Below, one piece after another: positions 19,180 to 28,031 of a stretch of 64,000 nt of DNA. The notes beneath the pieces are model-generated. The model did no database searches. It was not told the DNA's origin and saw only the letters and a program-made list of their open reading frames with translations. The first letter of the stretch is position 1. Each line of letters begins with the position of its first letter. The position numbers and the translations under genes are program-made. Where the stretch lies: positions 124,001 through 188,000 of IMG/VR virus record IMGVR_UViG_3300046694_000136, one strand, 5' to 3'.

Positions 19180-20838
19180 ATGAACCGTAAGTTACTCGAC
19201 TTAATGGACGCAAAGATGCCAGACTTCAACCCTGTCTTGACTGAAGGGTTTCATGAGAAAGAGTTCGAGAACGGGCACGTCTGGTTTGACAGAGCGTTAA
19301 GAAGCATTCTTAAGAACGTAGAAAGTCGTGGGGTTTTCTTCAAAAAGTGTGAACCAGCTGATCCGAAAGAGTTCATTGATTATCTGATTGGTAGCAGTCG
19401 GAAGATCTTTGATGCTCACCGGGAAACTCTGTACCCTGTGTCGATTAACATCGATTACAAGGATAAGGGTGGTCAGATCATATCCTTTAAAGCATTTACG
19501 ATGCTGCCGTATACGAATGTGTATGGTGATGTCTTCCTGCGGGATGCGTTCTACAGCGCTCAGTTCGTATTGGCAGAGCGGGCACTCCCTGTTACTAAGG
19601 AGAACTCGATCTTTGTTAAGGTTCTGGGTTACAAGTTCAAGATTGGTGTGGAACCGTTTAACATTACGCAAGTCTTTAGCGAGACAGGTGTACTGACAAC
19701 TCGGAGCTACGATACCAACTTAGCAGCTAACCGTTTCTACAGTCCTACTGAAGCGCGGAAGATTAAAGATACAAAAACACCGACTCCTCTTTTGGCTTGG
19801 TATATGTTCGCCAAGATGGGATTCAGTGAAGCAATGAAAGAGTATGGCGAGTGTGATTATCGTCTAGGTCCGTTGGATGCACTGGTTACAGAGTGCAGAC
19901 CAGAAGACCGCTGGGAAATCTTCTCACGTAGCAACTCAGGGACCAACAAGAAGTCTCTAGGTGATTTCGTGAGCTTGGATACGGCGATTGCAGTCAGGAA
20001 CCTGAATGCGGGTCGTAAGTCTCTCAGTGCCATGGCATTGCAGTACATGTGTGCGTTAATGTTTGTGGTGGATTGTGCATCGTCTTATTTCGACATAGAT
20101 CGAATTGACGATCCGAGTTACTGGAAGTTGATCATTGGTCGCTGCTCTGTGAAAGCAGGGGACACGGATGAGTATATCCTGCGTCTGATCGATCAACATT
20201 TTGAAACCATTAACGAATACTTGGACGAAGACTCCATTAAGCGGTTTGCTGGACAGTCGATTGTTGTAAGCAATATGTTCGATCTGTTCAACTACATCAT
20301 CGCTAACCGGAGTGAGATCGTTCAGACCACCAACCGCGCCTCTGCGTTCCACAAAGAGCTGGCTAGCTTGGAGTTCATCCTTGACAGTCTGTTAACCGCG
20401 GCTAACAACTTTAAATATGACATCAAGAACAATTCAGAGATCAACCAGAAAAAGGTTGCCAAGTTCTTGAGTGATCACTTTCATGTGAAGGAGATTGACA
20501 ATGCACGAAACGCTAACCTTATCCAGGAAGCCACTCCTACGGATAATCCGTTTATTGACTACGTTCTAGGGTGCATGCCACAGCACAAAGTCTATACCGG
20601 TATGGGGAAACAGAAGAAAGGTGACTTTGACGTCAACGACAGTGCAACGTTCACTGATGCTTCTCAACCTTTCGTACACAGCTACTTCAGGGTAAATAAA
20701 CCTAACCCTGATAGCCGGGGTTATCTTAACCCCTGTCTGTATCTGATCGACGGTGTAACAACAGGACTGGATCCGCAGTTTAAGGATCTTTACGTTCGAA
20801 CAGATCACAGATTACGTCATAGAGAGCCATGGCCATGA
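19180..20838 (+). CDS. Non-virion RNA polymerase beta-like subunit (phiKZ gp123-like)
   Basis: 552 aa; N-terminal 'MPDFNPVLTEG' and 'MLPY...G...LR' segments recalled from this family; synteny two genes after the MCP. Confidence 0.75.
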   Translation: MNRKLLDLMDAKMPDFNPVLTEGFHEKEFENGHVWFDRALRSILKNVESRGVFFKKCEPADPKEFIDYLIGSSRKIFDAHRETLYPVSINIDYKDKGGQIISFKAFTMLPYTNVYGDVFLRDAFYSAQFVLAERALPVTKENSIFVKVLGYKFKIGVEPFNITQVFSETGVLTTRSYDTNLAANRFYSPTEARKIKDTKTPTPLLAWYMFAKMGFSEAMKEYGECDYRLGPLDALVTECRPEDRWEIFSRSNSGTNKKSLGDFVSLDTAIAVRNLNAGRKSLSAMALQYMCALMFVVDCASSYFDIDRIDDPSYWKLIIGRCSVKAGDTDEYILRLIDQHFETINEYLDEDSIKRFAGQSIVVSNMFDLFNYIIANRSEIVQTTNRASAFHKELASLEFILDSLLTAANNFKYDIKNNSEINQKKVAKFLSDHFHVKEIDNARNANLIQEATPTDNPFIDYVLGCMPQHKVYTGMGKQKKGDFDVNDSATFTDASQPFVHSYFRVNKPNPDSRGYLNPCLYLIDGVTTGLDPQFKDLYVRTDHRLRHREPWP

Positions 20839-23144
20839 GTTTTTATAAACCAACTAATCAGGGACAGCCGGGGCGGACGATTGACACTGCCTCGGTCCCT
20901 AGCGCGGGTGGTTCTGCCCAGAACCCCTACGCAAAGATTGACCCCCTGTCTCATCTACGAGGTTTGGTAGATGGCGGGGGTGCGGGTAATTTGAATGCCG
21001 GTTCCGGTATTAAGTGGGACATGGTAGGTAACTCTCGCTACGAGGACGACGGCTTACGTGCACTTCGTGGTGAAATTAATACGGAAGAGCTGATCAATCA
21101 GGAGTACATTCAAAAGTATTCCGAAGCGGCAGCAACCTTCTTTAATAGCTTGGCTCAACGCCGGGGTGGGATGTACGCAGAGTATCGCGCCGTCCTTGAA
21201 CATTTCCGTTACAACAAGAAAACAGGAGCAATGTGTCACATCCGCAATGCTTTTGTGGACACGATCAATAGTCACCCAGAGTTCATGGTGGTTATTGCTA
21301 AAGCAGGTGTACCAGTCTTCGGTCAGATTTTGATCGACATGGCTAAAGCATCAACGTCTGGTAACTTGAACGAAAGCGAGTATCGGAAAGCATGCCAAAT
21401 GGCAGCAAGTATGGTTCTCACGATGGAGTTTATCTCCTGGCTCTGCAAGTCCACAGCTGGTCGTGAAAAGGCTTTTGCTTTAACACCAGAAATCAAGAAG
21501 ATGGTATCTGATCTAGAACGATTCAAAGATGCGTTTACTCAAGCATGTACGACGTTCGGATTGAGCAACCCGTACGCCGGGTTGGTATTTGAAATCAGCA
21601 CCCCTATTCGCGCTGATAGCAGCATGATTATGGAAGCTGAACGTGCGCTGGCAGGCATGACCCGTTTTGGTGGTGATGCCTTTATGAACCACCAGCCACA
21701 AGAAAGCGCTGAGGCTTTGTTGGAGCAAGTATTCCGTACTGCTCAGCAAGCTAATGCTCGTTATGTACCGGAAGACAGTCATCAGAACGATAATGGCTTT
21801 GGTCAAGTTGAATGGGAAACCAAAGAAGTTGACTTTGGTCGTATTACCGAGGAAAACAAAAAGCATTACGACTATCGTCGTTTGTTCAAGTGGATTGGTA
21901 AAGATGATTGGTACTTTATTCCCGAATCTGATTGGAAGAAGGTTAAGCATGCCTTCAAGCGTCACCCCGATCAGCCAGAACAGGAAGACACTGTTCTTAA
22001 TGGGAGCTTCCGTGCAGTAAAGATTGATCTTGACGGTAACGATGAGGGTTGGATCAGTACGGTTATTCGAGCGGAGGGATTAGATATGGCAACCGGGTTT
22101 ACTGACCCACAAAAGCTGCTCCCGGCATTGGAAGCAGTAGCAGGTAGTACAGAGACGCAGGTTACAGCTATTCCAGCTGAGAAGCTGTTGGTTAAAGGTA
22201 AGAGCGCAAGCATCCCTGCTGCGGCCTGTGAGAAGCTGGAAGGCATTCCAGTGATCACTTTGAAGGAGAAGGTTACCGAGGCGTCTTCTGGCGCTATTCT
22301 GTCGGCTATCTCATCCACGAACAAAGTGTTGACTGCCAACATCAAAGGCACCAACGCAACATCGTTTAACACGTGTATTTGGGAATACTTCAACTGCGAC
22401 TCTGATGAAGACCGTCAGCGTCTGACTGAGAACCTGCCTTTCCTATTCAAGGATCTGGAAGACAGCAATCTGTCGTTCTACATGCGCATGAAGAAGATCG
22501 TTGATTTCTTCGATACTGAAGTTATTGACGGTGAGCTGGTTGATTACATCGACACTCGTTTGACGTTGATTGTAAACGATTGGCTTATCAACTCACTGGG
22601 CTACCCCAATAACCCAGATCATCATCGTTGGCTTGCTGCTGAGTCCATCTTTGAAGATTACAGTGAACTGGATAACATCTTCAAAGAGCAGGATGAAGAA
22701 GCTTTCCGTTGCTTCAATATGGAAGCCAGTCCGGCTAACTTCCTGACTGAACAAATGAAACTGTTTGTAGCTGAAAGCGTTCACAACAAAGAAAGCGCAA
22801 AAGACACCATTATCGACAAAGTCCAGAAAGGTCTGCGTCTGGTCACCGAGCGTCCGATCCACTTCACTATCGTGAACAAACGTCTGCCACCATCGGACAT
22901 TGATCAGGGTAATGATCCGCTTCTTATCCGACGAAGTAAGTTTCCCGAGTTCTTCCATCTGGTTGAAAGCGGGTTCGAGCCTTCAATGGGTAAGGGGAAG
23001 GAAATCAAAGTGGTCGACAAGATCATCCAGTTCTCTCAGGATGAATCGATGTGGCTATTCTCCTACAGTTCGTTGGATGTCAACATGGCTACAATGCGCC
23101 GTGTGACTACCCGTAGAAGTTTGATGATGATGGCACTGGTGTAA
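20829..23144 (+). CDS. Conserved jumbo-phage hypothetical protein
   Basis: 771 aa ORF overlapping the RNAP subunit stop. Confidence 0.75.
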   Translation: MAMSFYKPTNQGQPGRTIDTASVPSAGGSAQNPYAKIDPLSHLRGLVDGGGAGNLNAGSGIKWDMVGNSRYEDDGLRALRGEINTEELINQEYIQKYSEAAATFFNSLAQRRGGMYAEYRAVLEHFRYNKKTGAMCHIRNAFVDTINSHPEFMVVIAKAGVPVFGQILIDMAKASTSGNLNESEYRKACQMAASMVLTMEFISWLCKSTAGREKAFALTPEIKKMVSDLERFKDAFTQACTTFGLSNPYAGLVFEISTPIRADSSMIMEAERALAGMTRFGGDAFMNHQPQESAEALLEQVFRTAQQANARYVPEDSHQNDNGFGQVEWETKEVDFGRITEENKKHYDYRRLFKWIGKDDWYFIPESDWKKVKHAFKRHPDQPEQEDTVLNGSFRAVKIDLDGNDEGWISTVIRAEGLDMATGFTDPQKLLPALEAVAGSTETQVTAIPAEKLLVKGKSASIPAAACEKLEGIPVITLKEKVTEASSGAILSAISSTNKVLTANIKGTNATSFNTCIWEYFNCDSDEDRQRLTENLPFLFKDLEDSNLSFYMRMKKIVDFFDTEVIDGELVDYIDTRLTLIVNDWLINSLGYPNNPDHHRWLAAESIFEDYSELDNIFKEQDEEAFRCFNMEASPANFLTEQMKLFVAESVHNKESAKDTIIDKVQKGLRLVTERPIHFTIVNKRLPPSDIDQGNDPLLIRRSKFPEFFHLVESGFEPSMGKGKEIKVVDKIIQFSQDESMWLFSYSSLDVNMATMRRVTTRRSLMMMALV

Positions 23145-23178
23145 AAAGTAGTTTAATCGCGATTAAATTAAGATTCAG

Positions 23179-23206
23179 CCTACTCCTGGGTCATACCGGG
23201 GGTAGG
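23179..23206 (+). terminator. Rho-independent terminator
   Basis: CCTACTCCTGG...CCGGGGGTAGG followed by TCTTTCTTTT. Confidence 0.75.
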
Positions 23207-23248
23207 TCTTTCTTTTCTGTACCCACCCCACTAATAAGGGATTTGTTT

Positions 23249-23866
23249 ATGTCACGTAACGATATCGATATTGATGTAGCGCGCCAAGAGATCATTGATA
23301 ACTTTGCGCATCACTGGGAATTGAACGACAAAGGTCACCGACAAGATCACTTTGAAGAAGTGTTCCAGACCGCCAAGCATATCAACGAAGTACTGGAACT
23401 CGGGTATCCGCAAATCGATATGTTGTTCGCAGCTTACTTCCATGACTTCTTTGCCTGGACACGTGTTAACCACCACACACTGGCCTGGGATTATTTCCGT
23501 ACTGCTGACCATCCTGTCATCCTTAAGTATTACGGAGACCTGCCTCGACGCATTCGAGACACAGTAGCGGATGCATGCCGTGAACACCGGGCGTCTTTCA
23601 AAGGAGAGTTCGCTCATCGGTTCGCTGAACTGATCAACTCTGCTGACCGTGGGTTCCCTGGTCACGTACAGCGACTGTTACAGCGTACCTACAACCATCG
23701 CCTCACTACGTACCCGGATATCTCTCCTGAGGAGCGTATGAAGCTCTGCGTCGAGCATATGAAAGAGAAAGCCGGTAGCAAGGGCTACGCTCGTTATCCA
23801 GATCTGTACACGCGGGTATTCGGTAAAGAGCTGAAAGCCCAAATGGAAGAGATCGATAATCTGTAA
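23249..23866 (+). CDS. HD-domain phosphohydrolase
   Basis: GHRQDH...YFHD...NHH...EHR...SAD metal-binding pattern. Confidence 0.85.
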   Translation: MSRNDIDIDVARQEIIDNFAHHWELNDKGHRQDHFEEVFQTAKHINEVLELGYPQIDMLFAAYFHDFFAWTRVNHHTLAWDYFRTADHPVILKYYGDLPRRIRDTVADACREHRASFKGEFAHRFAELINSADRGFPGHVQRLLQRTYNHRLTTYPDISPEERMKLCVEHMKEKAGSKGYARYPDLYTRVFGKELKAQMEEIDNL

Positions 23867-23883
23867 CGCCAATTTGTTTCAAA

Positions 23884-23893
23884 CCCATATTAC
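23884..23893 (+). promoter_or_regulatory. Early-type promoter core (CCCATATTAC)
   Basis: Copy of the shared motif. Confidence 0.6.
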
Positions 23894-23955
23894 TTGGGTG
23901 CAACACCGGAGCTAGAACATTGGGTTCTTTTTCCATTACTAAAGAGGAAACACAA

Positions 23956-24516
23956 ATGGATCGCGCACTTCGCAACGTAAACGATGTGGCTGCCAATACA
24001 TCCAATAACCAATCGGGTTATCCCGAGTTGTCCAACGTCCAACTGGCTACTGAAGTCCAGAAGCTCAGCGGGTATAACCACTTCTCCAGTAGCACTGCTA
24101 GCTTGCTGGAAGAGGTGGTGCGTCGCCTGGTATGTAGTCAAGGTACCGTGATCAACCTTTCGGGAACTCCCAGTTCCTCCAGTTCTCTGGATCCGTTAGA
24201 CCAACCGGTGACCTTTGGTTCCACCCTCACCTTGAGGGATCTATCGGAAGCCACGTACACGGTTACCTTGGATCCACGTAAACACCTTAAGAAGTCTGAC
24301 TACCCCAGCCTGGCAAAACAGTTAAACAAGCAAGGACTTACTGATGATCTCGCAGAGCTTGCTTTGAGTGATTTGAAGAAATGCTACAACGTTACCGCTA
24401 TCGCCAAACAAGCGCCGGCTAGTTTCGATGTAATGTTTTATTGGTTGCAGAGCGGGGTTATGTACTGGACCTGGTGTGACGCTAAGGATCCAAAGAATAC
24501 CGCTGCTGATATTTAA
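23956..24516 (+). CDS. Hypothetical early protein with the shared N-terminal helical module
   Basis: ATG 23956 with GAGGA RBS. Confidence 0.75.
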   Translation: MDRALRNVNDVAANTSNNQSGYPELSNVQLATEVQKLSGYNHFSSSTASLLEEVVRRLVCSQGTVINLSGTPSSSSSLDPLDQPVTFGSTLTLRDLSEATYTVTLDPRKHLKKSDYPSLAKQLNKQGLTDDLAELALSDLKKCYNVTAIAKQAPASFDVMFYWLQSGVMYWTWCDAKDPKNTAADI

Positions 24517-24544
24517 GTTGCAGAATCCTTCAGATCTATATAAC
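24515..24544 (+). promoter_or_regulatory. Extended early promoter AAGTTGCAGA-N10-TCTATATAAC
   Basis: Nearly identical element with the same spacing at 61861-61890. Confidence 0.7.
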
Positions 24545-24605
24545 TAGGGTGAATATAAACGTGGTAGTTTTGCTACGTTCACCTTTATTGTACTGTAGGA
24601 GCTTT

Positions 24606-24950
24606 ATGATGACTAACCTTAACCTCACCCCAGAACAAATCAAAACTGTATCGATCCGTGGTCAACGCGAAGCCGGCTTCAAATCCTCCCACATCGTTGG
24701 TGCTGTTGCAGGTGTTCTCACTGCCGCCGCCAACTACAACCAAGGTAGCTCCCTCGCAGGCGCTGCCGCTGGTGCTGCACTGGGCGGCGCCATGGGTTAC
24801 GCCATCGGCGACATCTTCGGCATCACCGACGATCTGGGTACCAGTGCTCGCATCCTCAACGGCGGCGTAGCAACTCTGGTGGGTGTATCGTTCAGCGGTC
24901 TCGCGACTGGTCTGGTCGATGCACTGGTACGTCCACAAGAAGCACAGTAA
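24606..24950 (+). CDS. Small glycine-zipper membrane protein
   Basis: AGGAG RBS; three Gly/Ala-rich hydrophobic helices with GxxxG repeats; homologous to the C-terminal part of 61954..63279. Confidence 0.75.
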   Translation: MMTNLNLTPEQIKTVSIRGQREAGFKSSHIVGAVAGVLTAAANYNQGSSLAGAAAGAALGGAMGYAIGDIFGITDDLGTSARILNGGVATLVGVSFSGLATGLVDALVRPQEAQ

Positions 24951-24957
24951 ATGACAA

Positions 24958-24979
24958 TAGGGGGTCTTCGGACCCCCTA
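24958..24979 (+). terminator. UUCG-loop terminator
   Basis: TAGGGGGTC-TTCG-GACCCCCTA followed by CGGTTATGTTTT. Confidence 0.85.
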
Positions 24980-25048
24980 CGGTTATGTTTTATTTTTCAC
25001 CGTAATACCAATCACTCGAGCTACATTCTTAATTACGTAACTGAGGTA

Positions 25049-26014
25049 ATGACAATGCGCAATGAATTCGGACACATGCACGCCGCCCAATACATCCAAC
25101 CTGGTTATCAGGATGCGTTCAAAAGACTCAGCGATGAACAGTTGCTGGAGCAGCTGAAGTCCATGGCGTGTTACGGGGATCACAACCAAACCACCCTGAT
25201 GTTGATCGGGGAGCTTTACCAGCGCGCTCAGCGTGCTTTCGGTAAGACCTTCATGCCGAGTGAAAAGGTCCATGGCGATCGTTACCTGTACACCTCGATC
25301 TACAAGGATGGGGTAATGACCCATTACTTTGTGGACGATCATGAAACCAAGTTGCTGGTAGACGGTGTCTTCGAACGTACAGAGTTCCTGTACACAGCCG
25401 AGGGGCTGGGCTTCGAAGGGGGTCCTCGCATTAGCGCCTTGCTGGATCTTGGCGAGGTGTTCACAGCGATTCGGGTTGACGAGAACGGCAAGCAGGTTGG
25501 CGAAGCGGTACGTTGCCACTTCGGCACCATTGCAGCTGCTCAAGGGTTCAACGCTAACCCGTTGCACATCTCGAAAACTCTCCCTCTGGGGATCTTCGAG
25601 ATCAACTTCAAATCACCCGCCGGACTCATGCGTCAGACCCTCAACGAAGCTCTGCTGAAAGCGGCCGAGACGGTTACGACCGATCCAGAGAAGCTTACAC
25701 GAATTCAGGAATTTGTGAATCAGTTCGATCTCTTGGAAGAGTACAGGATCTCGGTTGAAAAGGTGTTCAATGGATCGGAGATGGCCGGTGGGATGAACCT
25801 TATCCCTATCACCACTCAGATTCATGTGTTCCCGGCTGGTACCGGCGCGCCTGTCAAGTTCTTGACTGCGATGTATGGTGAAACAGTTCCCGGGTTCGTT
25901 GACCGGAACAAATACCCTGCGTTGTTCCTCAACCCAGAACCTAACGCCAACCATTATGCTCCTGGTGCGGGCGGCTTTGGCGGTCCAGGTGGTCCAGGTA
26001 CCCCTATCTGGTAA
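25049..26014 (+). CDS. Hypothetical early protein (shared N-terminal module; Gly/Pro tail)
   Basis: GAGGT RBS; a promoter-like GCTACATTCT lies at 25020. Confidence 0.75.
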   Translation: MTMRNEFGHMHAAQYIQPGYQDAFKRLSDEQLLEQLKSMACYGDHNQTTLMLIGELYQRAQRAFGKTFMPSEKVHGDRYLYTSIYKDGVMTHYFVDDHETKLLVDGVFERTEFLYTAEGLGFEGGPRISALLDLGEVFTAIRVDENGKQVGEAVRCHFGTIAAAQGFNANPLHISKTLPLGIFEINFKSPAGLMRQTLNEALLKAAETVTTDPEKLTRIQEFVNQFDLLEEYRISVEKVFNGSEMAGGMNLIPITTQIHVFPAGTGAPVKFLTAMYGETVPGFVDRNKYPALFLNPEPNANHYAPGAGGFGGPGGPGTPIW

Positions 26015-26028
26015 GTAGTCTGATAGTC

Positions 26029-26050
26029 GAGAGGAGCTAACCCTCCTCTC
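26029..26050 (+). terminator. Terminator
   Basis: GAGAGGAG-ctaacc-CTCCTCTC plus a T tract. Confidence 0.75.
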
Positions 26051-26078
26051 CTTTCTTTATTCTTGTTATGAGGTTTTT

Positions 26079-26870
26079 ATGAACAACGGTCAAGGCAGTA
26101 TCTTCGGCGGGGCTCTTCACGGCATGCCTCAAACACAGCTCGAGTTCAACAAGCACTTTAACCCAGCTCCTCCGGAGGTGGTCATCCAGACCCTGCACGA
26201 GATGGCTAATTGGGTCCCTATGACCAATCAGACCCTCTCGGTTATTCAGAATGCTGTAGGGTTGATCTCCCGACTCCAGCAAGATAACAAGGCAATGTCT
26301 GACGATAAGTACTGGAAGCTTCGTAAGTTCGGTGAGGAGATGCTTGCTCTAATTTCCATCCCGGCTGACGCGGGTCGTGAAAAGCGAGTGTTCTTCCACG
26401 ATTTTGAGACCGGTGAAGTCTACCTGGGGTTCCCTGCCGTTATGGGCAAAGACATCCCGCCCATCGTAATGAAGGCAACACTGGGAGTGGAAGCAGTTGT
26501 AACCCTGTCCCTTAACGAAGCCGTCGAGGCAACCAAGAAGATCTGCAATACCTTTGAATCCTGGGTATACGGGACGGGCCGCTTGGGGCTCAATGAAGAA
26601 GTCCCGCTTAACCCATTGTCCGGAGAAACTGAGTTGGATTGGGAGTTCACCATGGACCTCGGTGACAGCCTGTTCGAGAATGATTTCAAGGCCAGCTTCA
26701 TCTTTCTCGGAGAGCAAGCCCATATCGTAAGGCCGGACTTGGAATACGATACGTTCAAGGACAAGTTCAACCTTTGCGCTATCCTGAACGGTCCTAACCG
26801 ATCGGTAATGCGTCTCCGGGTGTTCTCGATCAACCAGCAGCAGTACTACGAATGGGTATTCCCTAAGTAG
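26079..26870 (+). CDS. Hypothetical protein (shared N-terminal module)
   Basis: GAGGT RBS; 263 aa. Confidence 0.75.
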   Translation: MNNGQGSIFGGALHGMPQTQLEFNKHFNPAPPEVVIQTLHEMANWVPMTNQTLSVIQNAVGLISRLQQDNKAMSDDKYWKLRKFGEEMLALISIPADAGREKRVFFHDFETGEVYLGFPAVMGKDIPPIVMKATLGVEAVVTLSLNEAVEATKKICNTFESWVYGTGRLGLNEEVPLNPLSGETELDWEFTMDLGDSLFENDFKASFIFLGEQAHIVRPDLEYDTFKDKFNLCAILNGPNRSVMRLRVFSINQQQYYEWVFPK

Positions 26871-26880
26871 TTGTTACGAG

Positions 26881-26902
26881 GAGGGGTGTTAGTTCACCCC
26901 TC
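26881..26902 (+). terminator. Terminator
   Basis: GAGGGGTG-ttagtt-CACCCCTC followed by TTTTATTTTTT. Confidence 0.85.
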
Positions 26903-26935
26903 TTTTATTTTTTGTACCTCATGGAGTTTGTCAAG

Positions 26936-27241
26936 ATGGCTGTTAGCAGAGAACCTCCGCTTTTAATGAACAACTGTCAAATCAACCCTGAGTGGGAAAG
27001 ATGGTTAAAGGCTAATTACCCCAATATCTCCACTGAAGCGACTAATGCCAACATTATCCTCAAGATGCTTTGCTTTCGGGCTACCATCGACATTGTACTC
27101 AAGGATAACTGGGACCATTACTCAACAGAAACCTTGGGACTGATTAAGGAACATCCTGAACACTGGGGGTTATTGCAAACCATTAACCCGCCTAAACCCA
27201 CCATGTTACAGCGGTTATTCCGGCGCTTTAAACGGGAATAA
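26936..27241 (+). CDS. Hypothetical protein
   Basis: ATG 26936 after GGAG. Confidence 0.65.
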   Translation: MAVSREPPLLMNNCQINPEWERWLKANYPNISTEATNANIILKMLCFRATIDIVLKDNWDHYSTETLGLIKEHPEHWGLLQTINPPKPTMLQRLFRRFKRE

Positions 27242-27300
27242 ATAAACACTCCACCTAAATCCTATGCACGTTCATATAACCGAACTCTATGGAGTCTCCA

Positions 27301-27957
27301 ATGGCTAAAGGTAACAGCGGTAACAGCAAACCAAACACCACCGCACCGGCTCAAGCAGCCGTCCCTGAAAACAAAGGCGTTCAGGAAGGTGCTGACAACA
27401 ACGTCATCGACCAAAACAACACTGGTGATCAGGCCAACCTCGGTGATCAGTTCGTGGTTCCGGCGGGCAAGGTTCTTATCACTCTCCCGGCTGACGTGAA
27501 CGAAGGCATTACCGAGTTCGTGGGTCAGCTTAAAGCAGCTTACTTCGATGCTGACGTGGACGCCCTCCTGACCGATCGCTTCAAACCAGAAGTCGACGAG
27601 ACCATCAACGAAGACCGTGGGTCCGACGACATCGTTCTGGTTACTGGCTTCGAACTAGCTTTCCCGCTGGACGCTCTGGCCGACGACATCACCCAAGGCC
27701 TGCTGGCCGTACAAAACGCTCTGGACACCCGCAGCGCTCCCGAAGGCCAAACCTTCCCGGAAGCACTGGTCGGTTTCCAATTCCCACTGACCGTACTGGA
27801 ACGTTACATCCAAGGCGTCCTGCACCAAGGCGTCCGTCTGGAAGACGTGGAACTGGTTATCGCCGACGCAGAAGCAGACTCCCATCTGAAAACGCTGAAC
27901 TTCTCGCGTCTTCTGCAAGGTCTGGCGCCGACCCACGTTTACCTGCGCTTCCTGTAA
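27301..27957 (+). CDS. Acidic, highly expressed protein (probably virion-associated)
   Basis: GGAG RBS; MCP-like codon bias; TATG late motif at 27263. Confidence 0.65.
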   Translation: MAKGNSGNSKPNTTAPAQAAVPENKGVQEGADNNVIDQNNTGDQANLGDQFVVPAGKVLITLPADVNEGITEFVGQLKAAYFDADVDALLTDRFKPEVDETINEDRGSDDIVLVTGFELAFPLDALADDITQGLLAVQNALDTRSAPEGQTFPEALVGFQFPLTVLERYIQGVLHQGVRLEDVELVIADAEADSHLKTLNFSRLLQGLAPTHVYLRFL

Positions 27958-27976
27958 CGCGCGTACATAGTCATAG

Positions 27977-28007
27977 CCTACCCTCAGCCCTAAGGGCTGA
28001 GGGTAGG
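27977..28007. terminator. Bidirectional terminator
   Basis: CCTACCCTCAGCCC-taa-GGGCTGAGGGTAGG between convergent genes. Confidence 0.85.
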
Positions 28008-28031
28008 TACTATGGTTTTTTTTTGCTTCTG

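Noticed and set aside
27016-27075. YPNISTE...MLCF as a fourth copy of the shared N-terminal module
   Set aside because: It needs gaps and few positions match; too weak.
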